From Bacteroidales bacterium (GTDB taxonomy: Bacteria > Bacteroidota > Bacteroidia > Bacteroidales > JAGOPY01), in NCBI GenBank assembly GCA_023229505.1, contig JALNZD010000010.1:25189-89188 (forward strand): DNA of 64,000 nt, given 5' to 3'. The notes under the pieces were generated by a model. It searched no databases. It was not told the origin of the DNA and saw only the letters and a list, made by a program, of their open reading frames with translations. Below, piece after piece: positions 35,129-46,000 of the stretch. Made by a program: the position numbers and the translations under genes. Each line of letters starts with the position of its first letter. Position 1 is the stretch's first letter.

Positions 35129-36271
35129 ATGGAAAACTTCATTTTGTATAACCCGGTAAAACTGCACTTCGGGAAAAACGTAGTGGAAAATCTTGGGAAA
35201 TCGGTTTCTCATTATGGTAAAAAAGTTCTGCTGGTGTATGGCGGAGGATCGATAAAAAGAAACGGTATTTATGACCAGGTTATTGACCAGCTCAGGAAAG
35301 CGGGGACGGAGGTTTTTGAATATCCTGGCATCCGGCCAAATCCGGTTATTGAAGATGTGAATGCCGCAGCGGACCTGGGACGGAAGAAACATGTGGATAT
35401 AATCCTGGCAGTAGGAGGGGGGAGCGTGATCGATTCGGCAAAAATTATCAGCATCACTATTCCTGTTGACCATTCCGGATGGGAATTTATCAAAGGCAAG
35501 GCAAAACCAAAAACAGCAGTCCCACTGATCGCCGTGTTGACCCTGGCGGCAACCGGCACGGAAATGAACCGCTTCGCCGTTGTACAGAATAATAAAACCA
35601 GAGAAAAACTGGGATATGGCGACCCGCTGACCTATCCGAAAGAATCCTTCCTGGATCCGTCGTATACCATTTCGGTCCCGGCTGATTATACATCATACGG
35701 AATTACGGACCTGATTGCCCATAGCCTGGAAGCTTATTTCGGAGAAGGGGAGGCATCCCTTTCCGACCGTTTTGTCTATGCCATTATCCGTGAAGCCATC
35801 GAATATGGCCCACAACTGTTGAACGATCCGGGGAATTATGCTTTGCGTGAAAAGATCATGTATGCTGCAACCAACGCACTCAATAATCTCACATTTTACG
35901 GGAGGAAATCGGGTGACTGGGGGGTACATTCTATCGGGCATGTTTTGTCGGTTTTATATGATGTTGCCCATGGTGCTTCTTTATCCATCGCTTATCCTGC
36001 CTGGCTGCGACTGCATAAGGACCGCATTTCCGGGCGGATCGCGGAATTAAGCAATAATCTCTTTCAAACCGCTACCACTGATCAGGCCATTGAACACCTG
36101 GAATTCTTTTTCATCTCCATTAAATCTCCGGTAAGATTGATTGATATCGGGATCGATATTAAAAAAAAGGGAGGGGAGATTTATCAAACCCTTCTTTCAT
36201 GTAAGGCCGGGGGCAACCATCATGCGCTCAGTCCAGAAGATTACCGGGAGTTGATCCGGCTTATGGCCTGA
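35129..36271 (+). CDS. Iron-containing (group III) alcohol dehydrogenase, YqhD/butanol-DH-like
   Basis: LLVYGGGSIKRNG, AVGGGSVIDSAK, metal-binding His cluster WGVHSIGHVLSVLYDVAHG. Confidence 0.85.
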   Translation: MENFILYNPVKLHFGKNVVENLGKSVSHYGKKVLLVYGGGSIKRNGIYDQVIDQLRKAGTEVFEYPGIRPNPVIEDVNAAADLGRKKHVDIILAVGGGSVIDSAKIISITIPVDHSGWEFIKGKAKPKTAVPLIAVLTLAATGTEMNRFAVVQNNKTREKLGYGDPLTYPKESFLDPSYTISVPADYTSYGITDLIAHSLEAYFGEGEASLSDRFVYAIIREAIEYGPQLLNDPGNYALREKIMYAATNALNNLTFYGRKSGDWGVHSIGHVLSVLYDVAHGASLSIAYPAWLRLHKDRISGRIAELSNNLFQTATTDQAIEHLEFFFISIKSPVRLIDIGIDIKKKGGEIYQTLLSCKAGGNHHALSPEDYRELIRLMA

Positions 36272-36279
36272 TCAGCTGT

Positions 36280-39200
36280 TCATGCCTTACATGCCGGGAT
36301 TTTTATGCTGAAAGTGGCACCTTCCCCGGGTTTTGACTCAAATGAGACTGTACCGCCTATAATGGTCAATATGCTTTTTACCATGGCAAGTCCCAATCCC
36401 ATCCCACTGCTTTTGGTAGTAAAACTCGGTGAAAAGATCTTTGAAGCCTGCTCGTCCGTAATTCCTGCGCCATTATCCGATATCCCAATTAAATAAACGT
36501 CATCTTCCACGGATAACTTTATCCGGATAAGTCCGTCTCCTTTCTTCCCGATTGCCTGCACGGCATTCTGAATTAAATTATTAAAGACCCTTAACAGTTG
36601 CCGCTTGTCGGCAAGGACAAAACATTCCTGGTCCAGGTGTTCAATAACAATCCGAATGTTGTTATGATGATGATATAATTCTGCTGCAGATTTAATAATG
36701 CCTGTCAATTCTATCTTTTCGATATTTGCTGCCGGCATTTTGGCAAAATCGGAAAACTCTGAAGCAATTTCCGATAATGAATCGATCTGCTCTACGATGG
36801 TGCGGGTAAATATTGCCAGGCGTTTTTCCCAGTCAGGCGCTTTTTCATCCCAGGCTTTCTGCAGATGCTGAACGCTGAGCTTCATCGGGGTCAGGGGATT
36901 CTTTATCTCATGGGCAACCTGTTTTGCCATCTCCCGCCAGGCACTTTCCCGTTCCGACCTGGCCAGCATTTCTGCACTCCTGGCCAACTCATCAATCATC
37001 CTGTTATATTCTTCGACCAGGTTTCCGATTTCATCCTTCCTTGTCCATTCAATCTTTTCATTTGATTTGCCCAACCCGATATTCTTTAACTTATCCCTTA
37101 TCAGCTGAAGCGGCCGGGTAATAAATCTTGAAACCAGGATAGTTACCATAATTGCCAGAACAATTAGTAAGACATAAACATTAATGTATGCAGCAAGAAA
37201 ATCTGCGATTTCCTTCCGTAGTTCGGTTTGTTTTGCAAAATAAGGGAGATTCACGTAGGCAATGATCTGGTCTTCATTATTCCGGAACGGAATATAGGCA
37301 GATAAATATTCCTGCCGCCCGATTTTTTCATTTTGAATATATAACAGGCTTTGTTCATACGCCAGTTTATAAAAAGCACCTGTATGCATTTTTTCGGATA
37401 ATAGTTCCTCTTGAAATATTTGGGGCCTGGAGGATGCAATCAGAGTTCCTTGTGTGTCAAAGAGATTGATATCGGAATAAAATATCAGCGAAAATTTATT
37501 AAGCAGGTCAGTAATATAGCCCGTCATATCTCCGGGAAGAGCGGGCATGTTTCCAAGTTTATGCTCCAGTTCTGTCAGCACGGAGAAAGTTTTTTCACTA
37601 AGATTATCCCGGTTTTTATTGTTATACAGATGAATAATGTTGAAGCGGGTGATCATTCCCAGAACAAAAAAGGAAATGATAATAATAGCAATGATAGATA
37701 CTTGCAATTGATTGCTGAAATTGAATTCCAGCCGGCGAAAACCTCCGGAAACCATGTAGCCCAAAAGAAAGACCAGCAGAAAAAGGCTAAAAATGATAAA
37801 GAAATAAGAAAAGGGCGCAACCAGATCGAGCAAAGTCATGTTCTTTTTACTGATTATCAATTTGTTTACATCATCCTGCCTGACAACATAATGATTATAC
37901 CCCTCATTATCAATAAAATAAGATGCTTTATCCTGTTTTTCATAAGCTTGAAATCCAAGATTATAGGAAAAATCCCCATTTTTATAAATGAGTTTATCAT
38001 CTACATATCGGGCATAAGAGTAATTGGACAATCCTGAAATAACCTTGACGTTCTTGTCGATCAACAAATCCGGATATCCCAGCCCGGTTTCAGAAATATA
38101 CTTATAAAATAATTCGACAAATATCTTTGTAGTATCCCTTGGTTTCTCTTTTGTGTTCAGAAAATCGATTGTCGCAATGTAGTTGTTGTTTTCCGTTTTG
38201 TTATTCAGGAAGAATAACCCCGGACTGATAATTTCCGTTCCCGGGGCTTCAACAAGGCCCTTGAAATAGTCATAACAGTTCGAAAGGTATCCCTGTGGCT
38301 GGATATTCAATACCTCTTCCTGTTGGCAAACCGTGATCAATAATTCATATTTATTCCAGAAATTATTGAAATATTCTTTGTCAAGGTACGTAATTATTTG
38401 TTTATCAACTTCTTTACTTACGTTCCTTTTATTCAGCAAAGCGATAAGAGTCGTATCGTTTATCATTTGACTTTTCAATCGTGAAAATTCATATTCCATC
38501 AGGGGGTCCCGTTTGGAAGAAAGCTCAACTGCGAGGCTCTTTCTTTTCTCTTTTTCTTTAACTCCATGGTAAAAATCGAGAACAAAAGTGGCGATAAGGG
38601 AAAACAAAACAATATAAATCAAGGCGCCTGAAATGTTCCTAAACTCTCCGGTTTTATTTGAAAAATAAAGGAAAGACAGCAGGTAGGCGAGCAATAAAGT
38701 CGGATAGATAAGACCGGGACCGGCAATTAACTCTGCGGAAAACATTGGTATGACAAGCAAAGAAGACAGGAGTGCAATGATGAAATAAGTCCATGCTTTG
38801 ATACCACTGTGACAAATCAATAAGCTAAGCCTGGCAGTAACTAAAAAGAATGCCATAATCAGGGAAGTCATAGCTAGGAATCCCAATCCGCTATATATAT
38901 CAATATTAAATATGTTATTCAGATTTAGCTCAATGTTAGAATCGATCACCATCCTTCGTATGGTTGAAATAAGAAGATAAAACAGCGCACCTGAAATAAA
39001 TATCAAAACATAACTGAGGAAAATTTTTAAAGTTTTTCTATATTTTAATAATGAAAAAGTGAATCTATCATAAAAAATCCAGGCAAGGGTAAGCCATAGG
39101 AGGCTGTTAACGACCAGGTCGCCCAATGAAGGTGAAATGAAAGAAGTAGCGTAATAATATGGGCTAAAAAGGTCTGTATGATAGAGAAAACCCGGTATTC

Positions 39201-40002
39201 CGAAATAAAGAAGCATGAACCGTATAAAGATGGCATCAAAACTGAATGCAAGGAGAAGAAATAAGGGATTTCTCCGGAAAAAATCAAACAGATTATAAAG
39301 GTAAAATAGCAGGAGAATCAGGGAAATGAAAGATACAAGCAGAAAGGTAAAAACAATCAGGTTGGTTTTTAATGAGTTGTTGTGTATATTTTCATAATTA
39401 AGAGAAAACAGGAAATCCCCACTATTCGCGGATATATTTACAGATCCGGGAATAGTATCGAGTTCAACATTAGCTTTAAGGTTAAAATCTTTTTGAAAAT
39501 CATTAACCAAATAATCATTTTGATAAGGGAAATCATTTTTAATCAGGATCAGGCCGATGGCTTTAAGATTTTGCTTTTCCTTAATAATGACCCTGAACCA
39601 GCCATTGGCATAATGCATAAACGGGCCTGAAACTAATTCTTTATTAAAAATATTTCCGGCAGGGACATTATTATCTGACCAATAAACCAGTGAGTCATTC
39701 CGGTATAAAAAGATTGCCAGCCCCTCTTTCTGCCATAAATCAGCCGGGAGATCCCGGTAAATGGACTGAAAAGGACGCAAAGCATCCTTCTCTTTCAGTA
39801 CATCTTCAAGCAACGTCTGGAGTCTTTGCTCTTTTAACCGGAGAACTTGTTCAAAGTTTATCTGCCTGTTAATTACCTGGTCATTTTCTCGTGTAAAAAA
39901 GTATTGAATAACCAGCGCTGCGACCAGGAATGTTATAAAAAGGAAAGCCAGGCGAAAAATATTTCTTCTTATTTCCGGTTCTTTCTCCATAAATTTTATC
40001 AT
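36280..40002 (-). CDS. Very large polytopic membrane sensor histidine kinase (NtrY-like transmitter); no cognate regulator adjacent
   Basis: About 900-aa N-terminal sensor region with more than 10 TM segments. HAMP-like linker, H-box AHEIKNPLTP, N box NLIQNAVQA, G boxes DNGAGI and GMGLGLAMVKSI. Confidence 0.8.
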   Translation of the reverse strand: MIKFMEKEPEIRRNIFRLAFLFITFLVAALVIQYFFTRENDQVINRQINFEQVLRLKEQRLQTLLEDVLKEKDALRPFQSIYRDLPADLWQKEGLAIFLYRNDSLVYWSDNNVPAGNIFNKELVSGPFMHYANGWFRVIIKEKQNLKAIGLILIKNDFPYQNDYLVNDFQKDFNLKANVELDTIPGSVNISANSGDFLFSLNYENIHNNSLKTNLIVFTFLLVSFISLILLLFYLYNLFDFFRRNPLFLLLAFSFDAIFIRFMLLYFGIPGFLYHTDLFSPYYYATSFISPSLGDLVVNSLLWLTLAWIFYDRFTFSLLKYRKTLKIFLSYVLIFISGALFYLLISTIRRMVIDSNIELNLNNIFNIDIYSGLGFLAMTSLIMAFFLVTARLSLLICHSGIKAWTYFIIALLSSLLVIPMFSAELIAGPGLIYPTLLLAYLLSFLYFSNKTGEFRNISGALIYIVLFSLIATFVLDFYHGVKEKEKRKSLAVELSSKRDPLMEYEFSRLKSQMINDTTLIALLNKRNVSKEVDKQIITYLDKEYFNNFWNKYELLITVCQQEEVLNIQPQGYLSNCYDYFKGLVEAPGTEIISPGLFFLNNKTENNNYIATIDFLNTKEKPRDTTKIFVELFYKYISETGLGYPDLLIDKNVKVISGLSNYSYARYVDDKLIYKNGDFSYNLGFQAYEKQDKASYFIDNEGYNHYVVRQDDVNKLIISKKNMTLLDLVAPFSYFFIIFSLFLLVFLLGYMVSGGFRRLEFNFSNQLQVSIIAIIIISFFVLGMITRFNIIHLYNNKNRDNLSEKTFSVLTELEHKLGNMPALPGDMTGYITDLLNKFSLIFYSDINLFDTQGTLIASSRPQIFQEELLSEKMHTGAFYKLAYEQSLLYIQNEKIGRQEYLSAYIPFRNNEDQIIAYVNLPYFAKQTELRKEIADFLAAYINVYVLLIVLAIMVTILVSRFITRPLQLIRDKLKNIGLGKSNEKIEWTRKDEIGNLVEEYNRMIDELARSAEMLARSERESAWREMAKQVAHEIKNPLTPMKLSVQHLQKAWDEKAPDWEKRLAIFTRTIVEQIDSLSEIASEFSDFAKMPAANIEKIELTGIIKSAAELYHHHNNIRIVIEHLDQECFVLADKRQLLRVFNNLIQNAVQAIGKKGDGLIRIKLSVEDDVYLIGISDNGAGITDEQASKIFSPSFTTKSSGMGLGLAMVKSILTIIGGTVSFESKPGEGATFSIKIPACKA

Positions 40003-40177
40003 TTACTGGATTTCATGCACTTAAAAACGGCTTAATTAGAGGTTTCCTGGCACGTTTTTTTTAGAAGTCATCCCTTTTTAATCATCTGCGCTTCCGGGTT
40101 TGCCAGAAGGCTTAAAATTAAGCATTTTTCGTTTAAGATAATTATCGTGCCAGTAATAGGGGCTCTTTTCTAAAATC

Positions 40178-40191
40178 GTTTCACGTGGAAC
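40178..40191. promoter_or_regulatory. CACGTG-centred palindrome, copy 1 (2 nt after the mnmG stop)
   Basis: gtttcacgtggaac. Minus-strand reading: TAA gg GTTCCACGTGAAAC gatttt. Confidence 0.45.
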
Positions 40192-40193
40192 CC

Positions 40194-42068
40194 TTATCTG
40201 CCCAGATGGACAATAAGAATGGAAATATCGGCGGGTGAAACTCCGGCAATCCGGGATGCTTGTCCCAAGGTCCTGGGCTTTATCCTGCTGAGTTTTTCAC
40301 GGGCTTCTAAAGAGAGGGCTGTCAGACGATGGTAATCAAAATCTTCTTTAAGTGTAACCGAATCTAACCGCTCAAGTTTTTGGGCCAGTTCCCCTTCTTT
40401 TTCAATATATCCCTCGTATTTAATCAGAATTTCAGCTTCATCCAGAATTTCTTCCCGGTTTGGCTTTATCGCATTCAAATGGTTCCTCAGAGCCGGAAGG
40501 TGTTCAGCCAGACCGGCCAGGCTAATTTGCGGACGTAACAGTAAGCCGGCGATTTTCATCTTTTGAGAAATGGTTGGTGTTTGCGAAGCTTGCAGAAAGC
40601 CATTGATCATGTCAGGGTCAGCGCTGATTTTTCTCAAATAGCAGACAATTTCTTCAATTTTATCTCTTTTTTCTATCACGTTATTCAACCGCTCATCTGA
40701 TGCCAATCCGATCCTATGAGCCATTGGGGTCAGCCGTTGGTCGGCATTGCTCTGACGGAGTAAAATCCGGTATTCAGCCCTTGAAGTGAACATGCGGTAA
40801 GGTTCATCAACACCTTTGGTGATCAGGTCGTCGATAAGGACGCCGATATACGCATCGGATCTTTTCAGTATAAACTCCTGCTCACCTCTAACTTTAAGAT
40901 GGGCGTTAATCCCTGCCATAATTCCCTGCGCGGCAGCTTCCTCGTAGCCTGTAGTGCCATTTATCTGTCCGGCAAAATAAAGGTTTTGAACTAATTTGGT
41001 TTCCAGCGTATATTTAAGCTGCACCGGTGGAAAATAATCATATTCGATGGCATAACCGGGTCTGAAGATACGGGCATTTTCAAATCCTTTTATTTTTCTG
41101 AGTGCTTTGAATTGAATATGATCAGGTAAGGAAGAGGAAAAACCATTGATGTAATATTCGACGGTATGCCATCCTTCCGGTTCCACAAAAAGCTGGTGGC
41201 TATCTTTTCCGGCAAACCGGTCAATTTTATCTTCAATCGAAGGACAATAACGCGGGCCGATCCCTTCGATTTTTCCCGTGAACATGGGTGATTCGTCAAA
41301 ACCGGTCCTGAGAATATCATGCACTTCCCGGCTGGTATAAGCCATGTAGCAACTGCGTTGTGCCTTTAGTGGAGGGGTATCGGTAAATGAGAATTTCCCC
41401 GGGTTTTCGTCCCCTTTTTGTTCTTCCAGCTCGCTAAAATCAATCGATCTTCCATCAACTCTCACAGGAGTTCCGGTTTTCATCCGGTCCGATTCAAATC
41501 CCAGTTTAATGAGACACTCAGTCAATCCTTTCGCAGCTTTCTCCCCGATCCTGCCTCCGCCAAATTGCTTTAACCCGATATGAATAACCCCGTTCAGAAA
41601 AGTCCCATTCGTTAATACTACAGATTTTCCTGGTATTTCATGACCCATTGAAGTCATAACTCCTTTTACACTTCCATTTCTCACGATGACTCCAGTGACC
41701 ATATCCTGCCAGAAATCGAGATTAGGCGTATTTTCAAGCATTTTCCGCCATTCCGATGAAAAAAACATACGATCACTCTGTGCTCTTGGGCTCCACATGG
41801 CAGGGCCCTTTGATTTGTTCAGCATCCGGAACTGGATCATAGTCCGGTCGGTAACGATGCCGGAATATCCCCCCAAAGCATCAATTTCCCTAACGATCTG
41901 GCCTTTAGCAATTCCACCCATGGCTGGATTGCATGACATTTGGGCCATGTTAGTCATGTTCATGGTAACCAATAAAACAGAAGATCCCAGGTTGGCTGCT
42001 GCGGCAGCGGCTTCGCATCCGGCATGACCAGCACCTACGACGATGATATCGTATTCTTTAAACATCAA
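40194..42068 (-). CDS. mnmG: tRNA uridine 5-carboxymethylaminomethyl modification enzyme MnmG (GidA)
   Basis: YDIIVVGAGHAGCEAA FAD motif, 624 aa, colinear GidA pattern (GPRYCPSIEDK, FAGQINGTTGYEEAAAQG). Confidence 0.95.
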   Translation of the reverse strand: MMFKEYDIIVVGAGHAGCEAAAAAANLGSSVLLVTMNMTNMAQMSCNPAMGGIAKGQIVREIDALGGYSGIVTDRTMIQFRMLNKSKGPAMWSPRAQSDRMFFSSEWRKMLENTPNLDFWQDMVTGVIVRNGSVKGVMTSMGHEIPGKSVVLTNGTFLNGVIHIGLKQFGGGRIGEKAAKGLTECLIKLGFESDRMKTGTPVRVDGRSIDFSELEEQKGDENPGKFSFTDTPPLKAQRSCYMAYTSREVHDILRTGFDESPMFTGKIEGIGPRYCPSIEDKIDRFAGKDSHQLFVEPEGWHTVEYYINGFSSSLPDHIQFKALRKIKGFENARIFRPGYAIEYDYFPPVQLKYTLETKLVQNLYFAGQINGTTGYEEAAAQGIMAGINAHLKVRGEQEFILKRSDAYIGVLIDDLITKGVDEPYRMFTSRAEYRILLRQSNADQRLTPMAHRIGLASDERLNNVIEKRDKIEEIVCYLRKISADPDMINGFLQASQTPTISQKMKIAGLLLRPQISLAGLAEHLPALRNHLNAIKPNREEILDEAEILIKYEGYIEKEGELAQKLERLDSVTLKEDFDYHRLTALSLEAREKLSRIKPRTLGQASRIAGVSPADISILIVHLGR

Positions 42069-42095
42069 TCCTAATTAATGGAAAAATCAGTTTCC

Positions 42096-42109
42096 GTTCC
42101 ACGTGGAAC
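42096..42109. promoter_or_regulatory. CACGTG-centred perfect 14-bp palindrome, copy 2 (3 nt after the ybeY stop)
   Basis: gttccacgtggaac. Minus-strand reading: TGA aat GTTCCACGTGGAAC ggaaactgattttt. Confidence 0.45.
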
Positions 42110-42112
42110 ATT

Positions 42113-42550
42113 TCATGACCACATCGTCAAAGATAGGTAATATTCTTCTTTGGCCCTCATCTGCTCCCTCTCGGATCGTGTCTTATCTTTGTAACCCATC
42201 AAATGCAGCACCCCGTGGATCATTAATCTTTTAATCTCATTATTCAATGAATCCCTGAATTTCTTTGCATTCTCTCTGGCCCGGTCAACACTGATATAAA
42301 TATCACCGGTTAATAATCCGGCGCTCTCAGATAGGTCAAAAGTTATGATATCAGTCAACGTAAAATGCCTGAGGTATTCCTTATTAAGCTGAACTAAAAT
42401 ATCATCATTTGTCAATATATAATTCAGCGTTCCTACGTTATAATCCTCATTATCAGCAGATTTAATTATCCAGGACCGGATCTTACGCTTTTGCTTCAAG
42501 GTATAGCTTACCTCTTCAAGAAAAAAAAATATTTTTGGTTCCCCGGCCAT
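42113..42550 (-). CDS. ybeY: rRNA maturation endoribonuclease YbeY
   Basis: HGVLHLMGYKD metal-binding motif. The third ligand position reads D rather than the E. coli H (HGSLHLLGYDH). 145 aa. Confidence 0.8.
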   Translation of the reverse strand: MAGEPKIFFFLEEVSYTLKQKRKIRSWIIKSADNEDYNVGTLNYILTNDDILVQLNKEYLRHFTLTDIITFDLSESAGLLTGDIYISVDRARENAKKFRDSLNNEIKRLMIHGVLHLMGYKDKTRSEREQMRAKEEYYLSLTMWS

Positions 42551-42564
42551 TTACTAGTAAGGGT

Positions 42565-43047
42565 TCAACTGTTCAACCGCTGATATACACGGAAAAAGTC
42601 CTGCATAAAGACCACTCTTCTCTCAAAAATATTCTCATCAATTCCATAAATCCGGAAAAGCATTTCAATGAGACGGCCCTTATCCTTGAACTTCACTTCG
42701 TCGGCTAAAGCCTGGATCAAATGCAGGCCATTTTTATCTGAACCGAACTCGACTCCGGAATTCCCTCTATTCGCATATGCCTTATAGTCAAACCCTTCAC
42801 CCTCGTCAAAAACTTTTATCCAAAGGCCATCCTTGGTATTTTCCAGCATAATACGGACAAACTTCTTCCTGTCTTGCCCGTTTCCATGAAAAATCGCATT
42901 TTTAACAGCTTCCGAAACACCCATAAGAATGTTCCCGAAATAATTGCCATATAAAAGGAATTCTTCACTGATCTCTTCAACAAACTGTTCTACCTGGAAC
43001 ATTTCATCAAGAGATGATTCAATTTTAATCTCTTTATGCTTTTTCAT
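42565..43047 (-). CDS. RsbW/SpoIIAB-like ATP-binding protein (HATPase_c_2 type anti-sigma kinase fold)
   Basis: 160 aa. N-box-like EAVKNAIFHGN, DEGEGFD, GLHLI. No STAS/anti-anti-sigma or sigma factor gene is adjacent. Confidence 0.55.
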   Translation of the reverse strand: MKKHKEIKIESSLDEMFQVEQFVEEISEEFLLYGNYFGNILMGVSEAVKNAIFHGNGQDRKKFVRIMLENTKDGLWIKVFDEGEGFDYKAYANRGNSGVEFGSDKNGLHLIQALADEVKFKDKGRLIEMLFRIYGIDENIFERRVVFMQDFFRVYQRLNS

Positions 43048-43050
43048 CTA

Positions 43051-46000
43051 TTAACGTAACTCAAAATAATAGAAGTATTGATTAACTTTTTGCTTATAAA
43101 ATGGCCGCAGATTGGGCGGCATTGTTCTTAGCAATTCAATTTCATTTTCCTGTAATTTGTTATACTCTTTAAAATCCTCAGGGTTTCTATTGTTAATATC
43201 TTTCCCTTCCTTTGATTCCCTTTTCTCTTCCTGCTCGCGGATCAGTTCCGCTTTTTCATGCTTTAATAAACGGGTTTCTATATCTTTTAACCGATCTATG
43301 GTTTGCTGCGTTATGATTTTATTTACAAGTTCTGTTTCGGTTTTTTCCATTTGTTCCATCATTTCCTGCATTTCTTTGCTGTTGCCCATTCCCTGTTCTT
43401 TCATCTGGCCCTGGTATTGCTCCATCATTCTTCTGATAGCTTCCTGCTGAGCTGCCATCCGCGCGAAACCTTCACTATCCGCTGAATTACGGCTTTCATT
43501 CGATTTAGACGGGTTATTGCCATTTTGCTTCATTTGCTGGATCTGCTGGTTTAGTTTCTGTTGCATCTCCCGCATGCTTTTCATCGATGAAGAACCCTTT
43601 CCCGGCTTAGGGCTGCCCTTTTTGCACTGCCCTGAACATTGCATCTGCATGGCTTTCATCATCTGTTCCAAAGCTTCAGATAAAAGAAGTGCCAGATTGT
43701 TAACAGAAGTCATAACAAATTGCTGGTTTTCCCCGGCAGGACCTTTTCTTCTTTCCGTCAATTCTCCCAAGGCCTTTCCGACATGGAGGTTTATATCCTG
43801 TATCTCCCTTGTAACAAAGGGCTCAATCATTTGCTGCCTCTTGCTCAGGGCCCATAATGAATCTTCAACCATCACCAGGTCATCCTTTATCCTGTTCTGG
43901 GCTTCAATGACAGACGGGAACTGGGGGTCCATGGTAGATATTTCGGAAGTCCTGCCTATCAGTTCTTCCTGGTCGAACGACAATTGGATCAGGTTTTCCA
44001 GGATTTCACGCAAAGCTTCTATGCTCTCCCCCAATTCTTCTGAATACATATCGCTTTGCATTTGCTCCATCTGGTCGGCCATTGATTTCATGCTTTGCGA
44101 GGCACTCCGCTGGGCAGGGGAGGCTTTTGATGGCTTTCCCATTTTGAGCATTTCCGATCCTTCCTGCATTTGTTGATGGATCTCCTCTTCAGCCTGATCG
44201 GTATTTTCAAGCGGATTCGGTTCCTGCAACTCCTTGTTTTTTTTCTCGAGCACATTCAGGTCTTCACGGAGTTGATTAAATTCTTCGTTCAGCTTATCCT
44301 GCTCCTTTTTTAATTGCTCCGCATCAGCATTCTTCTGTTCACTTTTGGCTCCCTGTTCCTCTTGCTTTTTGGCCAGATCTTTCAGTTTGTCGATGGATTC
44401 CTGAAGTTTCTTTTCGAATTCAAGTTGTTTAAACAATTCAAGGTTTCTGTCCAATTGCTTTTCAAGATCTTTATTATCAGTTTTTAATTTCTCCAGCATT
44501 TCATTAACCTTGTCTTTATCGACATTTTCCATCAGTTTTTGCAATTCCTCGAACATCTTCTTCATTTCATCAGTCATGACCTCGTCAAATAATTCCTCAA
44601 GTCTTTGCTGTTTTCGGATCAATTCTTCATCAGTTTGCTTATATTGCTGCTCCTGAATGGATTTTACCTGGTTTTCTTTCTGGATCTTTTCCACTTTTTC
44701 CTGCAGTTGTTTTTGCTCATCCAATAAGTCCTGGATCTGCTGTTTCTCCTGCCATCCGATGTTTTCCTTATCAATCAGTTTACGGCTAAGTTCTTCCGCC
44801 TTTTTCTGCAGGTCTTTGGCTTCCTGTATGCTACTTTCCAGATCTTCCGTGATTTTCTGGCTATCCTCTTCCGTTTTTTTATCGATCTCGTCCATAGTGG
44901 GTGCCCTGAAAATCATCGGCTGGGAACGAGTGACCTTACTCCCGTTGATACCATCATTATCCCATATTTCAAAATGATATACGATTTGTGTACCCGGTTC
45001 AATATTAATGGAATCAAGATCGAAAAAATGAAAAAACTGCTGCTGGTTGCTTAGCTTACTCACCGGCAGTTCAACGATGAATTCATTTTCCGGTTCAGCG
45101 CCTGTTTTACCTTCCTGATCAAACTGGTAGTTGAAGGTCAACCTGCTGAACCCATAATCATCCTTAATCAATCCTGTGAAATAAATCTTCTTGTCAAAGA
45201 TAGAGTCCCTGACCTGGTCAATGTTTATCGTCGGGTAATTATCCGGTATGATACTTACTGTATAAGTCAGCGAGTCAGAATTCCGAAGAAATTCATTAGC
45301 CGAAACAACTGCATAAATATTACTTTTTAAAGCACGGCCGGTAAATATAAAAGTGTTAGTGGACTCATTATCAAGTTTTTGATATTCTTCTCCCCATCGA
45401 AAGAAAATGTTCCGTGTATCCCTGGTAAAGAATTTCCATCTGATCATTGTTCCCAGCGGCACAATCATGTCACCAGTATTTTCAATCGTTTCATCAACTT
45501 TTCCGGTATAGGAGGGATAATCCAGTGCTACTTCAAAACTGAGAACGATGGGTTTGGGGAACACCAAAAGTTCAAACTGGCCGGATTTAAAAAGGTCGTT
45601 TAACACGTAAAACCGCTTTGTTTCCTGAACATTCCTGAATTTATACTGAAACATCACCGGGCTTTTCTTTTCCATCCTGTATTGAATACCGTTCATTTCA
45701 AGAAAGAGGTCTGCGGGCAATTCAGTGCCTTCAACTTTTATTTCGAATAAAAAGTCTTCCTGCTGAAAGGTTTCCAGTTTTTCATTCAGCACGGTAATCG
45801 TGAAAGGGGCCGGAGGTATATATACTGTCTGATATTTCACAATCCTTTCAGAAGGTTCAGTAATAACCCGCGGGGAAATTATAAGGATCAGGATGATAAT
45901 AATAACCGGAGGAAGTGCATAGCGAAGATACCTTAGGTTCTGCTTTATATCGATGGCGAGGACAAATGGCACCGGGCGCAATTTATTGATTTTCTGGTCG

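Noticed and set aside
37411-38037. 208-aa + strand ORF
   Set aside because: It is antisense to the membrane region of the 1240-aa histidine kinase. This is a typical AT-rich shadow ORF (K/I/F/N-rich).
42113-42550. YbeY third metal ligand reads Asp (GYKD) instead of His (GYDH)
   Set aside because: Asp can also coordinate zinc, and I believe this variant is common in Bacteroidota YbeY. It is noted in the feature evidence but not treated as a finding without an alignment.
43517-44176. 219-aa + strand ORF (and 43112..43450, 44657..44977)
   Set aside because: These are antisense to the K/E/Q-rich coiled-coil region, which automatically yields long S/F/C/L-rich open frames. No motifs are present.
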